The notes beneath the pieces were generated by a model. That model made no database searches and had not been told where the DNA came from. It saw only the letters and a list, made by a program, of their open reading frames with translations. Shown here in pieces: positions 37,941 to 50,942 of a DNA stretch of 64,000 nucleotides; position 1 is the first letter of the stretch; each line of letters opens with the position of its first letter. The stretch covers positions 1 through 64,000 of the forward strand of contig JAPEUI010000017.1 in the NCBI GenBank assembly GCA_026025075.1. The letters run 5' to 3'. Both the position numbers and the translations under genes were made by a program. The stretch comes from Vezdaea acicularis. Taxonomy: Eukaryota.

Positions 37941-40514
37941 ACTGGAAGGTTTTTAAAGAAATCTTGCTCGCAAGTATGTCACTTGGTCACGGCTGAGCAT
38001 CACCAAGGACTTGACTAGGGCATGAATATCCATCAATTCATGTTATAAAAGATTCAAGAAGGGGTGAGCATGCTTTTTGGTTCCAGTTTATCGGACTGCG
38101 CTGAAGACTTCACGTCTTTGAAAGGCGCACTGCAAAAATCTCCATCTCGAATAACGGCCGAATCTCGTGAAAGGCTTCGGAGGATTATATCGTTAGCTTT
38201 ACCCCTCGATGCTTCCTAGTCGGGCATTGATCGACGAATGCGTTGCTGGTTTTTCTAAAGGCTATCGCATTGTGCTATCTCCATAGCCACCGCACAGACG
38301 GACAACCCCATCGGTTCGATATTCTCCACGATAAGTATCTACACAGCGGAAGTCCCTCATGTGGGGCTTACCTGACCTTTAGCCGGATACATGTGACGGC
38401 GAGCTCGAGAATCTTGGAGAAGATGTCGCAACTTTGCGTGGTCAGTGCTCGCGAATGCTAGATGGTCTGTTCCCCTGATAGGGTTTTGCCGTGATTGCGA
38501 AGAGACGAGCGTGGAGCAAGGGCCATAGTCAAGAAGGGAAGATAATCGCCGATGATGTTGTTAGTAGTAGAGGCCTTTTAGAAAGGTAGCTTGAGGTTCA
38601 GACGAGACCGGACGAATGGTCAAGAGGACGGATCGCGAACCATGCAAAAGTACCGCAAATACAACATGATGGTCCCGTATTTCCAATCATTGAAATGGCG
38701 CAACGGAGCATCGGGCGCCACTGGCTTCGACCGACCATGACCGGAAATGGCCAGCGACATCACGTCTGTGCGCCGAAAAGGCAATCGCAAAAATGCCACC
38801 CAAAGTTCGTGAAACCCGAGGGAGGGCAGTGCGATGGGGTATGCTGCGCAACGGAAGGGGTATCTTCCACGCCTGATCCTAGAGAGGGCTTCCAAGCCCC
38901 AGCTTCTCTCAAACAGGCGTGCTCGTTGGCTTGGGAAAAACCTGGGATCAGCAGCGACAAACCACGGCGACCCTCCAGCAGACAGTCGAATTCGACACGT
39001 GATAAAATAGCATTCGGAGCGCAAACTGTAGCTTGAAAAGTGGCCTTTAGTGCGATGATACCGGCCAGCATCCGATCAAATGCTGAGCCTAACACGAGAG
39101 TAGCTCGCGCACGCACCAGGTAAACGTCGCGACAACGGATACGGGAGGCGGGACGTGGGACACATATTGCCCAGCACGGCGGAAGTAGAAGCAATGGCGG
39201 AAGCTGGAGGGCGCGCGTTGGAGGATGATCGATGTATCGCAGAAATCGGGTCACTGGCCTGGCAGGAGGCTCCAACTATGAGCGAGATTTGTCTGATGGG
39301 GCATCTCGTCACGATGAAGCTGGCGACAGCGGCGGAATCGTCATGTCATGACATGATGAAGAGTTGATGGGCAGGAGTATAACTTGGAAGGCGAGGGGCC
39401 AGAACAGGGCATCCCCGTCGATCTTCCTTAATCTTCCCCTCATGGCGCAGTGTGGCTGAATTTCTTGTTTCACGCGTTGCGTTGCGTGGCCGACGGCGTC
39501 CTGCCTCGACCTCGCTACGGTAGGGTCAGGGCCATGGCGATGGGGGAGGCCCGCGAGCGAGCGTTTCCCATAACGCCGCATGGCGTCCTTCAACGTGACT
39601 GTCTTTCTTGATGCTTCTGCTGGATCATGTTCTATGATCTTCGAGTTTTGCTGCAACCCCACTCTTCTTGTTGAAACTTTATGCAGGCCGGTACAAGTAC
39701 ATAGACGGGGCGGGCGCCCGTTGTCGAGCTTACCACTTCCAGCATCCATCCCGGCCCCACCGTCCAGCCTTCTCCCTCCTCCTGCTCCTCCCTACTTTTG
39801 GCCACACTCAATCCATTGCACGTTCTCCATCAACGGACACCATACACCGCACATCTCCCCAAGCGCAGAGCATCTTCGTTATCAGCGCCCACTTGACCTC
39901 ACAGCGCTGTGGTTTACAGACGAGCCTGACCCGAGCCATCTGGTGGTCTTCGCGCGCTTATTAGACAAAGCGAGCCCCGGACACCCCTGTCGTTCGAAAA
40001 TCTCCTTCCTCCTTTCTCGCCTCCTCTCAGCCAACCCAAGCGGCGTGGCCGGCACTGCGTCGAACTCGCTGTCACTGGTTGGCGGTTCAGGAACACCCTC
40101 CTCTACCTTTCGACCAAGGGAAAGGCTGAACAACCCGCGGACGGCCTCTTCCTACGCTCATACACCTTCGCACGCTCATTCACTTTCGTTTGCGTCTGCA
40201 CTCGCGCGCGCTCTCCTCTTCACGCTCTTCTCTTCGTGTCTCAGCGTGGAAGCCGGCTCGGACGTTCTGCCTGCCTGCTTCGAAACATCGTCAAGTGCTG
40301 CTGCGCCTGCTGCGACGATTCTTCACCTCGTCCGGTTGCAATCGAAGGGACTGGCATCGCTTCGTGACGCCTCGACGCCTCCTGTCCTTCAGCCGCGAGT
40401 CATCACCGGATAGACGTCTTGCCAGACCTTCGACTTCGCCTCATTATCATCAGGCTCACCACGCGAGCTGCGATAGTTCACCGTCGTAGTCAATCTTGAC
40501 TTGTTCCCTCACCC

Positions 40515-41731
40515 ATGCCATCTTACGGCTCCCTCCACTCGCCGTCACTAAGAAAGATGAACGGTCACAGTATGGAAGCTGGTCGACGACGAACTGCAGG
40601 AATGAGCCGGATAAGTATCGGAAATATCATCGGAGATCCCTTTGCTCTCGCGACCATTTCCATCGCAACAGTGAGTGATTCCAGCCTCGCACGTAGGTGT
40701 CTTGATTAGATGAACGAGAGATGCTGATGATGCCGGAACTCGTGTAGTTGGCATGGCTAATTGCCTTTGTATCCTCAATCATCGCCGCCGTGCACGCAAA
40801 AGGCTCAACAATAGCAAACCCTAAGGCACCGTTCCCAACATATGTTTGGTGGTCGAACGTCTACATGTTTTTCTGCATTTTGGGGGTCTTTGTAACGGTT
40901 GCATCGGATGCGGTCCAGACATATCACGTTGCGGTTAGTGTCAGCTCCAGCGAATGATTAAAGTTTAAGGTTCTGACAGTGTTGCATAGATTGTTGGGTT
41001 CATGTCGGCAGGTCTAGTCTTAACATCTTCAGCGGTGCAAGCCCTCGTCTACTCTCCTGAAGGCGCCAGAGAAGCTGCAGCAGCCGGACACATTCTGCTC
41101 TCCATGGTCGCTGTATGTTTTCTCTATGATTCTTGAACGATTCAAGCTAATCACTTCTCAGATCTTTTGGATCTTCTACTTTGGATCAACCCCACAGTCC
41201 GTAACGAGAGCTTACGTCGATTCGTTCGCTCTCCATAAAGATCACCGCCAATCACGCACTAGCAGGCCTATGTCAAATGCTTATGGTAACAACAGACCGA
41301 ACACGTCTGTGTCGTCTCATCAAGCGCCACAGATGTACACTTCCGCTCAGCTAAATGGCTTCGAAACTTCCTCCCCGGTCTCTGGATTCCCGGGTGGAGC
41401 CCCAGGTGCCGAGCACCGGAACTCGTCGCAACCTCGATTTGGTGGTGGTCCGCCGACAGCCGCTTCACCGTTGCATACACCTGTTCCGACACAAGGTGGT
41501 GGATTGGGAGGTGGACACACCGAAGGCGGGGAGGTCACACAACCAACAGAGTACCCCTACAGAGCGAAGGCCATTTACAGTTACGAAGCCAACCCAGATG
41601 ACGCAAATGAGATTAGCTTTTCGAAACACGAGGTACTAGACGTATCAGATGTTAGTGGAAGGTGGTGGCAAGCGAAGAAAGAGAATGGCCAGACGGGTAT
41701 TGCACCTTCAAACTACTTGATTCTTTTATAA
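40515..41731 (+). CDS. SHO1: HOG-pathway osmosensor, 4 TM plus C-terminal SH3; 4 exons
   Basis: [51 protein letters not shown]...GRWWQA...[11 protein letters not shown]. Confidence 0.96.
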
Positions 41732-42273
41732 TCGACAAGTCACCATAAATGGATTACCATGGTTGGCGGTGTGGAAAGGGCTTTTCTATCCATAATAAGG
41801 AGGAGTGGATTATAGGGAACAAGCTGATAAGAGTGGAGGCTTTCTTCCCACCGCCAGACTACGAATCGACGCACTCATTTACGTTCTTGCACATTCGAGT
41901 GCGCCATACTCTGGAAGGGGACGATTGTTACCCGATGTTTTCCCATAAGCGTGTCTACGGACTGATTGCGGCTAGGGTGGGGCTCGGCGTTATTCTCTTA
42001 AATTTCCAGCCAGAACAACCTCATGATATGGGTTCTGGAGGGCTCTTGGATTAGGAGAGGCTGTTCAGCTACCATTTATCCGGAAGCTTTTGTATAAGTT
42101 GCTATTGCACCAAAAGATATGAACAAATATCTAGGCTATCATCTACTTTCTATGGGGCGATGTACGAAGAACAAACAACGCCTTGTAGTGAATTTATGCC
42201 AACCTCCCCATCCTCAATCAGGTGAAACCCATGACCCATTGCTCCAAGGCCTTGTTTTGCAAAATTTACTACA

Positions 42274-42962
42274 CTATGGAAAGCTGTCATCCCTCTCCCT
42301 AATCATCTCAGCCCTTCGGATGGTTCTCTCTGCCTGTTGGACCCTCTCCTCCCATTCTGCCCAGCATTCCCCACCTCCAAGCACAGCGACCTCATACCAT
42401 CTCTCCAATACCGCCGCCGTCCGTTGCCTAAGTTCTGCAATCTCCCTCGCCTGAGCCTCCCGTTCCAGCCCAACTTTTGCAATTCGCGGCTGTAACGTTA
42501 TAAGCGCCGCCGAAGACTCTGCAGGGGGAACAGGTACATCGGAAATAGATGTGAGCCGGGATGTTGTGCTATGATAAAGAGATGCCGAGGCAAGTACAAT
42601 CGCTAGCATCTCCGTTGTGTCCAGAGCTGTAGGTTTCTGTGATGGGGGGATAGAGTTGAAGAGGTCGGGGTATTGCGCTTCTGCTTATCGTTTAATGAAA
42701 CTTCCACCTGAGGATGTGAAGAACACTCACGCAAACTCAGCAGCTCTGAGGTGGCTTCAGAGCGGGAAGAGAGCTGCCCGAGGGAACTCTCTAGGCGTGC
42801 CAGGCGGCCAGAGATTGACTGGTCCTTACCTGTACTAAAGCTAATTTCAGAGGCGGTCCTCGTGGCATCTTTGTCACCGGCAAGATTGAATTCAAGTCGG
42901 AGAAGACGGGACTCTAGCAATTTGAGGGTATCAAGGGATACTTCATTGTCAGACTTTGTCAT
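42274..42962 (-). CDS. RO10: Nuclear distribution protein RO10 / dynactin p22-p24 subunit; 2 exons
   Basis: TLKLLESRLLRLEF, SRLTSISDVPVPP, EIAELRQRTAAVLERWYE...CWAEWEER coiled-coil pattern. Confidence 0.82.
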
Positions 42963-43289
42963 TTTGTGACTGAAGGGAAGTCCTCTAGGTCCCGCGAGTG
43001 GCATCAAATTGCTGAAGCGCGGCAAGTCCCGCGCGAGACAGAAAATACTTCAGCTGGATTTCGGTTGCGTGACGTTGCAAGGACTGACCTTATCGAAAGC
43101 AGGCCGCGCAATTACGTGCTTGGAGTCGCATCAACATTCCTTCAACAACCCCCCCTCGGTATTCTTCCCCGAGTCTTATGCGCAAAGCATGCATCGCTGA
43201 TCAAAATGTGTTCTCTAGTCGCTTGCGTTCCTGTACCATCAACCGACCTCGCATGGTGCTAGTCTTGAACCGGGCTGATACATGAGAGG

Positions 43290-45153
43290 ATGCGCAACTA
43301 CTCTTCAATCAATGGTCATATGATAGAGGAAGACAGTTGTTCTATTTCGTCGATGAGAAGTGGCAGGTACGCTCCTAGATCCATTCTGAGGACAACTTTA
43401 GCCGCGTCTCATATGACTTCCTTGCAGGGCATTGCTAACCTGAATATCTTCTTAGACCCCTAAGTCGCGGTCGAAAAGATGGGGGAACTGCGGGGCAGGC
43501 AAGCTGGCTCAGCAGCGTTATTAACCTGGTCAATACGAGTAAGACGGACTCCTAGCACACAACAAGCGCGGAGAGTTGACAACCTGATAGTCGTAGGCGC
43601 GGGCGTACTCGCCATGCCCCTCGCAATGTCGCATATGGGCATTTTGTTGGGAGTGTTTGTTATAATATGGGCAGGCTTGACGGCCGGATTCGGGCTCTAC
43701 CTCCAGACTCGATGCGCTAAATACCTCGAGCGAGGAACAGCCTCCTTCTTTGCACTCTCGCAAATGACATATCCGAATGCCGCTGTATTGTTCGACGCTG
43801 CGATCGCTATCAAGTGCTTCGGTGTTGGAGTTAGTTATTTGATCATCATTGGTGATCTAATGCCTGGTGTAGTGCTAGGTTTCAATGAAAATGTGGAAGC
43901 TGGCTTCCTTGTCGATCGTCATTTCTGGGTCACAGCGTTCATGTGAGTATGCGGAAATGAGGGGCTTAACAAGACTCCTTGAGTTACCTTTCTAGGGTCA
44001 GTGTAAGCTGACTATAGATCAGGCTCATCGTGATACCCCTTTCGTTCTTACGCCGTTTAGACTCCTTGAAATATACCAGTGTAGTTGCACTTACTGCAAT
44101 TGGATATCTCATCGTGCTTGTCGTTGCACACTTCATAAAAGGGGATACTATGGCAGAAAGGGGAGATATAAGGGTCATTCGCTGGGGTGGTGCGATACCC
44201 ACTCTCAGCAGCTTCCCAGTGATGGTTTTTGCATATACATGCCATCAAAATGTCAGTAGCTTTATTCAAGTCCGGTTTATTAGCTGACTGGAGCTATCAG
44301 ATGTTCTCAATCCTGAATGAAATTAAGGATAGCTCCTCCGTGAAGACAACAGGCGTCGTCACTGCGAGCACCGGATCTGCGGGTCTCATTTATATTCTCG
44401 TTGCTGTTACCGGTTACCTATCATTCGGCAACGACGTTGCTGGAAACATCATCGGAATGTGTGAGTCGGCCCCTTTGCCTCTTTTCACATAATGCGCTAG
44501 ATAGGGCTAACCCTCCTCAAGACGTGCCTACGGTTGCCTCCACCATTGGCAAGGCCGCCATCGTCATCTTAGTCATGTTCTCCTATCCACTCCAAGTTCA
44601 TCCCTGCCGCGCCTCCATCGACGCAGTCCTCAAATGGCGTCCAGGCCGAACCCATCACACACGGCCCTCGCCCAACTCCTCGCCCTCAAGAGGAACTGCA
44701 CCTCTCCTCAACAACCTAAAGGTCACCAACACCCCCCGCATTGAGACCATTGGCGAAACGCGCTTCGCTGCCATAACAACCGCCATCATCATCTTCAGCT
44801 ACATCGTCGCCATGACAGTCACAAGCCTCGACCGCGTGCTCGCGTACGTGGGAAGCACCGGCAGCACGAGCATAAGCTTCATCCTGCCCGGCCTCTTCTA
44901 CTACAAGATCTCGGACCCAGACAGCGTGCATCACCAACGCCTGATGAAGGAAGACGACGATAAAGACGACGAACAGGACGAGCGGACCGGCTATAGCGAT
45001 GAGGAGGGTCTGCTAGGCGGCGGCGGCGTCTTAAAGGTGGGGAGCTGGAGGAAACACCTCCTTAGAAGACTGAGTCTGGCGCTGGCGGTTTACGGGGTTA
45101 TCGTCATGATTGTGTGCTTGATCACGAACACCTATTTCACTGTTGCGCATTAG
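43290..45153 (+). CDS. AVT6: Vacuolar amino-acid transporter (AAAP family, Avt5/Avt6-like); multi-exon
   Basis: GQASWLSSVINLVNT|IVGAGVLAMP, AIKCFGVGVSYLIIIGDLMP, VFAYTCHQN, YVGSTGSTSISFILPG. Confidence 0.88.
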
Positions 45154-45581
45154 GTTTGGTGCTTACTTTTTCTGCTTCTCTTGGAACTGCCCGTCGTTGG
45201 GTAGATGATCGCATTGGGTCGGGCATAAAGCAAGATGGCGCTTTTTCCGTTTTTCTGGGGGCCACGAGATCATTGAGGGGCTATCGCCTTTGTAGATAGG
45301 TGTGTAGATAGAAGGTAGATGACTGGACGCTTTTACTATTATATAAGATGACGCCTTCAGCACTAGATCATTGAAATGTGGAATGAGCAAAACATATCCT
45401 CAAATATGGCTGATAGGGTGATATGGGATTCCTATTATCAATTCTACGAGTAATGCCAGACTTTTTATACGGGTTTTTGACGCTATGTGCGACACCTTGA
45501 AGAGAGAATCCCTCGTAATGCATCAACACCGGACGCCGGTCAAATGCTGCTTCCCCTTTCCCATGCCTTCATAATATACAG

Positions 45582-46309
45582 TCACGCCTCGACCGCCTCC
45601 TTCCGCGGCGCCGCCTCCTCTTGCATCTGCTTCCCCTCAGCAAGCCCTACCTCCCCAACCATTCTGGGCTTCCTCGCAACAAGGCCATCCCTATGCTTCG
45701 GCTCCAGCAATCCAATCTATTCCCCCCCCAAAACCAAAGTCAGCACCAATCCAAATGAAACACCAACCCCCAACTCTACCATCCCCAAACCCAAACCCAA
45801 CTCCTTCTAGACAACGAAGGCAGAAAACGACTCACCATACTCAACAACCTCCACGCCGTGTCCGTCGGCTGCGCCCCAACGCCGAGCCAATACTTCGCGC
45901 GCGCGCTATCAAGCTGGATATCCTTGACTCTGCGGCCCGAGGCGCTGCGATCCGTCACCGACGGCGTCTTCGGGATCGGGTCGTAGGTCCCTAATACCTC
46001 GAGGGGGAGGGAGTTGCGCGCAGTCCTGTGCCCCAGTAACGCGCGTTAGCCCAGCGATCACTCAGACAAGAGATTCAACGTAGAGAAGCCTCTGGAAACA
46101 GGGCTGTTCCAGGAGTATTTGGAGAAACGTGGGAAAGCTACAGGACTGATCCTTATTGGGAGGGGAGGAGGGGGATGTGAGACCGCAGGACATGATAGAG
46201 AGTCGCTGAGACGTAAACGTAGCAGGACGTACCGTGCGTGCGCAACGACAATGTTGTATACGGGCGCATGCCGCTTTCCAAAGCGTGCGAGCCGGATTTT
46301 GAGGACCAT
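45582..46309 (-). CDS. MRPS16: Mitochondrial ribosomal protein bS16m; 3 exons
   Basis: MVLKIRLARFGKRHAPVYNIVVAHA|RTARNSLPLEVLGTYDP...RAKYWLGVGAQPTD. Confidence 0.94.
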
Positions 46310-46716
46310 TGGGGTTGGGGGAGGCGTGGGTCTTGGAATGGCGGATGGAGGGAATACGACGGGTGGTCTTTTTTTGATGTTGCAGGAACGTGAAAGGCGA
46401 AGCTAGTGCAACGCCTGTTCGACTGGGGCGGTTCGGGAATGCGTTCCTATGGAGGGTTTGGGACTCAGTGAATTAAATGTTCAAGGAGTCTCGTAATTGG
46501 AAATTGATTTCATTTGTGCGTCTCAGGGGGTCTCTTTCTCACATTTGTCCACGAGCTGGGCATCTATATGGATATTAGCCGTCGGCCTATGGCCGAGTTT
46601 TGGAACCGAACTTGGACGGCGACAGAGTTGACATCATCTGGATTCACACTTCACGCATGCGCACCACGTTAAGAACCCAATAAATCTCAGTGCCTCAGCA
46701 AAATTAGACAAAAATC

Positions 46717-47684
46717 ATGGCATTAAAGGTGATTCTGGGCCGTATCTGTCAAAGTGGGTTACCAATGACTTTCTAGACCCTTTCCGCGACGAATGCTGCA
46801 GCTCTTGATAGAGATCTCATGAGCGTTGGCGCATTTTCAATTGACCAATTGATGGAGTTAGCCGGTTTGTCTGTCTCACAGGCTGGTACATGAGGACATG
46901 GATTCTTGTGGGAGTTTCTGTTAATGCATGGCTAGTCTACAGACTTCATCCTCTGAGCAAGGGCAACAAGGTATTGGTAGCATGCGGCCCGGGTAACAAT
47001 GGAGGGGATGGCCTAGTTGCTGCAAGGCACCTCTGGCACTATGGGTACAGGCCCACAATCTATTACCCAAAGCAGAGCAAAAATGAACTCTATCAAGTGT
47101 GTGGTCTGGAATGAATGTAGCAGGAACTTGTAATTGACTATCCATAGAGATTGGCAACCCAGTTGAAGAATTTGGAGGTACCTTTCACCAGTGATTTTCA
47201 TTCGGCTCTGAAAGACTCGAATCATGTGGTCGATGCCATTTTTGGTAGATTCGTTTCCGGGGTCTCTTGCTTTGAAGAATGGCTGACGTTTCAAAGGCTT
47301 CAGTTTTTCAGGAGAGGTCAGAGAGCCATTTCCTTCCGTTATAGAAGCAATGAAAGCCACCTCTTTACCGGTAACGTCTGTGGATGCTCCATCCTCGTGG
47401 GACATTGAGACTGGACCTCCGACCTCTGGTCCCGGTGAAGGGTTTCATCCTACGGCCTTGATTAGTTTGACGGCACCAAAACCCCTAGTAGCATGGTTTA
47501 CAGGTAGACATTTTCTTGGGGGCCGGTAAGCATTCTCAGCTCGATAGGAGTAAAGCAAGGCGACTGCTAATCATCTATCAGATTTGTCAGTCCGCAGATT
47601 GCCCAGAGATACGATCTAGGCGTGCCAGAATACAACGGCCTAGACCAGGTCGTTGAGCTGGGGTCGAACGGAGAAAAATTGTGA
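46717..47684 (+). CDS. NNR1: NAD(P)H-hydrate epimerase (YjeF N-terminal family); 6 exons
   Basis: [58 protein letters not shown]. Confidence 0.94.
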
Positions 47685-49710
47685 AATCTCAAACAACATG
47701 GCGGAAAGGAATATGAGGCAGCCAAAAAATTTTGATTTCAGAAGAAATTCGCGAAATGGCAGGAAGACAAACAGAGCTTAACACCGACAGGAAAAATAAA
47801 AGGGGCAGATAGTTGTCGCAGGCGGAAGTAGCAAATCCATGGGAGTTGGTGTTACTGAGAAAGCAAGACACAAAGGGCTATGATACGTCCCAGCGATCAT
47901 GTAAATTGGGATTCCTGGATCGGGACTAAAGAAGCTCTACTGCTTCTGTGTTGAACGTGGGCGTGCTTGCGTGCGTGAAATGTGGGCGTCGACGGACCAG
48001 CTCAGACCCGGATCAGGACCGTCTCGAAACGCAAAGCGATCCATCGCTCATCACCAGAATACTGGGTAGACTCTGTGCTCCAATAACAAACGTGCGCACT
48101 GGGACGTGCGTTGGCGCGGGAGCACCCGTCAGAATGGTAAGTCGATGATGCTAGCCGTGCCCCCATGAGATTTTCCGTTGCCCATGTAGATGCGGAGTAT
48201 TATTAAAGGGCCAAAGCACTTTCGAAAAAGTATCTACCTATTTGATAGTCGTGGTGGAGCGCTGTCTCGGTGGGTCGCCGTCATGGCCAAGCGATTTACG
48301 AGGGTTTAGGTCTGGAATGCCCCATATCAAAAACTCTTGCTGTCATTTGGCGGATCCGAGGCATAGCTCCTAAGGATCGAACCTGGAGAAGGCGCAGAGC
48401 TTTTGGACTGAGCAGGGTCATCGAAGTTCACAAGTGCCAATACAGCAAACCACGTAGTGGGCAAACCCCCACGAAATATTCTTCATCGCGGTCACCTACG
48501 TCTTTGAAGCAATGGCGTCTTGATCGTCGACCGTTGCTTTGCTCCCACGCTTGACCTCAATCGTTCTCCGACTTTGCTTTTGCGGTGGGGGTGGGGGTCT
48601 GGGGTCGCTAATCAGCGCGAACCTTGGCTCAACAAGCAAGGGCGACGGTGCTCTCGACTCAGGGTCCATGGCAAGGATGAGCAAAGCCTTCAAGGATGTA
48701 GACAAGGGGCTGTCGAGAGTTCAGAAGGTGATCTGGACGTAATCCTGCCCTTTGACCAAGAATGTGAACTGTCGGTCTCATCCGCAATCCGCAATCCGCG
48801 ATCCCAACTCTTTCGTTGCATCGCGTTCCGTTTGAGCCGCGACCCATTGATCGAGTACAAGTACGAGGGGTGATCGAGCTGCGGGCCAGGAGGCTCAAGA
48901 TCTGCCCTGGCAGATTCGTAAAAGCTCCGACACGGTTCGGCAGCTCGTCCTGTTTCTCGCATGGTGCCTCGATTGAATCTCGACGTCAGCAGGCAAAAAT
49001 AAGTCGAAATCTTACGCGGCAGTTTCATCCGCGCGGATCATGGAATTGACTTTTTCCTGTCGATCTGCCCGCCTTTTATCGATAGCGTCGGAAAAGTACG
49101 TATACTGCACTCGACGAGACGTCGTATTGTCGGCGCATAGACGTGTAGACCTATCTCGTATGATTGAGAGGACGGAGTGAACCCTGTCATCTGCCCGTCC
49201 AATCTGCTCTCTGCCCAAGCTGTTCGGCTCCCATTCCCCTGCCAGACGTGCCAGAGTCGCTGAGACATCTTGCACTCCGCGGTAAGCATTTCCGATTCTC
49301 CATTCACATTCGTTCACCTCCGCACCAATCCCATATAAATAAGAACTGGCGCTGCCGTGGAAGGATCGAGGCATCGTGCATTTGGATTCTTGCAGGAAGC
49401 TAGCGCAGCGTCTGGAGAAGCTCCTTCGCCCCGTCGAAGATCGACTTTCCTCCTGGGGCACGTTCCATTGTCTGCTCTCCGCACCGAAAACCCAGACACA
49501 ACGACCACTACATTTCTGCTCGTCTCTGGTATACTATAAGCCATGTGTTGGCCATGACCAGAAATCTCGAAATGTTGTAGCGCAATTCCCCCGAGCCTGG
49601 AGCCAAATGCTTTCTGTACACTCTGTCCGACAGATGCAGCTAAAAAAACCATTGCTGAACGGATTAATATATCTACAAAGAGTCACTTTCTTGTTATTTT
49701 CACTTCGAAA

Positions 49711-50942
49711 ATGCCTAGCCACCAAAGGTTCGTGGGGATTCGCGAAAAATTGACGAAACACCACTCGCTGAACTCACCCAGCAGGAGAGAATACCACATT
49801 GTCGTTTTGGGCGCTGGTAAGACTCAGACCGTCTTGCACCCGGTGCTTAAGAGCCATCTAACCTGGGTTTCTTTTGGACATTTCTAGGCGGAGTCGGGAA
49901 GAGTTGTCTTACAGGTATGCTATCCCTCATGGAGGGTTAACATGAAGCCCCGCCTGACCAGATGAACAGCGCAATTCGTCCAAAATGTATGGATTGAGAG
50001 TTATGACCCAACAATTGAAGATACATACAGGAAACAAATTGAGGTGGATGTAAGTGTCTTGCATAACTCTAAAGTGTCAGACACAGGCAGGGGGGCGATC
50101 GCTAATGCACGACAGGGGAGGCAATGTATCCTAGAAATGTATGAGACATCTAAAGCGGGCTGAAGTTGTTGATGCCGTTGTATTGACAAAATGTCTAGAT
50201 TGGATACTGCTGGTACGGAGCAGTTCAGTAAGTCCTCTCGGCAGTATCTCATTCAGAGCAATCTCTCACATTTTCTCAGCGGCAATGCGGTACTAGCACC
50301 CGATCCCACTACTCCTTTAATCCTACGTAGCATGAGCTAACATCAATATTAAGCGAGCTCTATATGAAATCTGGTAAGCCCAATTTCCTAGATCTGGTGC
50401 TGGAATATTGAATTCACTACCCACTGTCATGCATTTTCTCCCGGACGATTCGTCTGGTGGTCAATGAAACGGCCTTAGACAGGCTGGCCCTGAAGCTAAC
50501 GCCGAGGTCTTGCCTAGGTCAAGGCTTTCTGCTTGTCTTCAGCATCACTTCGCTTTCCTCGCTTTATGAACTCAGCGAACTCAGAGAGCAGATCCTCCAG
50601 ATCAAAGATGACCCCAACGTTCCTCTTGTTATTGTCGGCAATAAATCTGATCTTGAAGAGGACCGTGTCGTTTCCCGTTCAACGGCATTCGATCTATCAC
50701 AGAAGTGGGGTAATGCGCCCTATTACGAGACTTCCGCAAGGCGTCGAGCAAACATAGACGAAGTGTTTGTCGATCTTTGCAGGCAGATCATCCGGAAAGA
50801 TCTCGATGCAAAAGCAAGGGGTGAAGAAATAGATGGGACTCCAAGAATTACCGGTTTGGGGGAAAAGCGCAGACGGGAGAAGCCAAATAGGCATGCGAGA
50901 AGAAAAAGGGGCAGGGAAAGGATAAGCTGTACAATTCTATAG
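49711..50942 (+). CDS. RSR1: Rap1-like Ras GTPase (Rsr1/Bud1); 9 exons
   Basis: Spliced protein [37 protein letters not shown]...[18 protein letters not shown]...VGNKSDL...ETSA, CAAX box CTIL. Confidence 0.95.

Noticed and set aside
39580..40413. 277-aa ORF upstream of SHO1
   Set aside because: Ser/Pro/Leu-rich translation of a pyrimidine-rich leader with no domain features.
47715..48310. Possible telomerase RNA on the minus strand (Sm-like AATTTTTTGG near 47725; CCTAAACCCT at 48301-48310)
   Set aside because: The template would specify TTTAGGG rather than the usual TTAGGG, and I found no pseudoknot, CR4/5 or 3' splice-type end signal.
3515..50942. Functional clustering of HOG genes (SSK1, SHO1), dynein/dynactin genes and polarity genes
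   Set aside because: Separated by many unrelated housekeeping genes; no evidence beyond coincidence.
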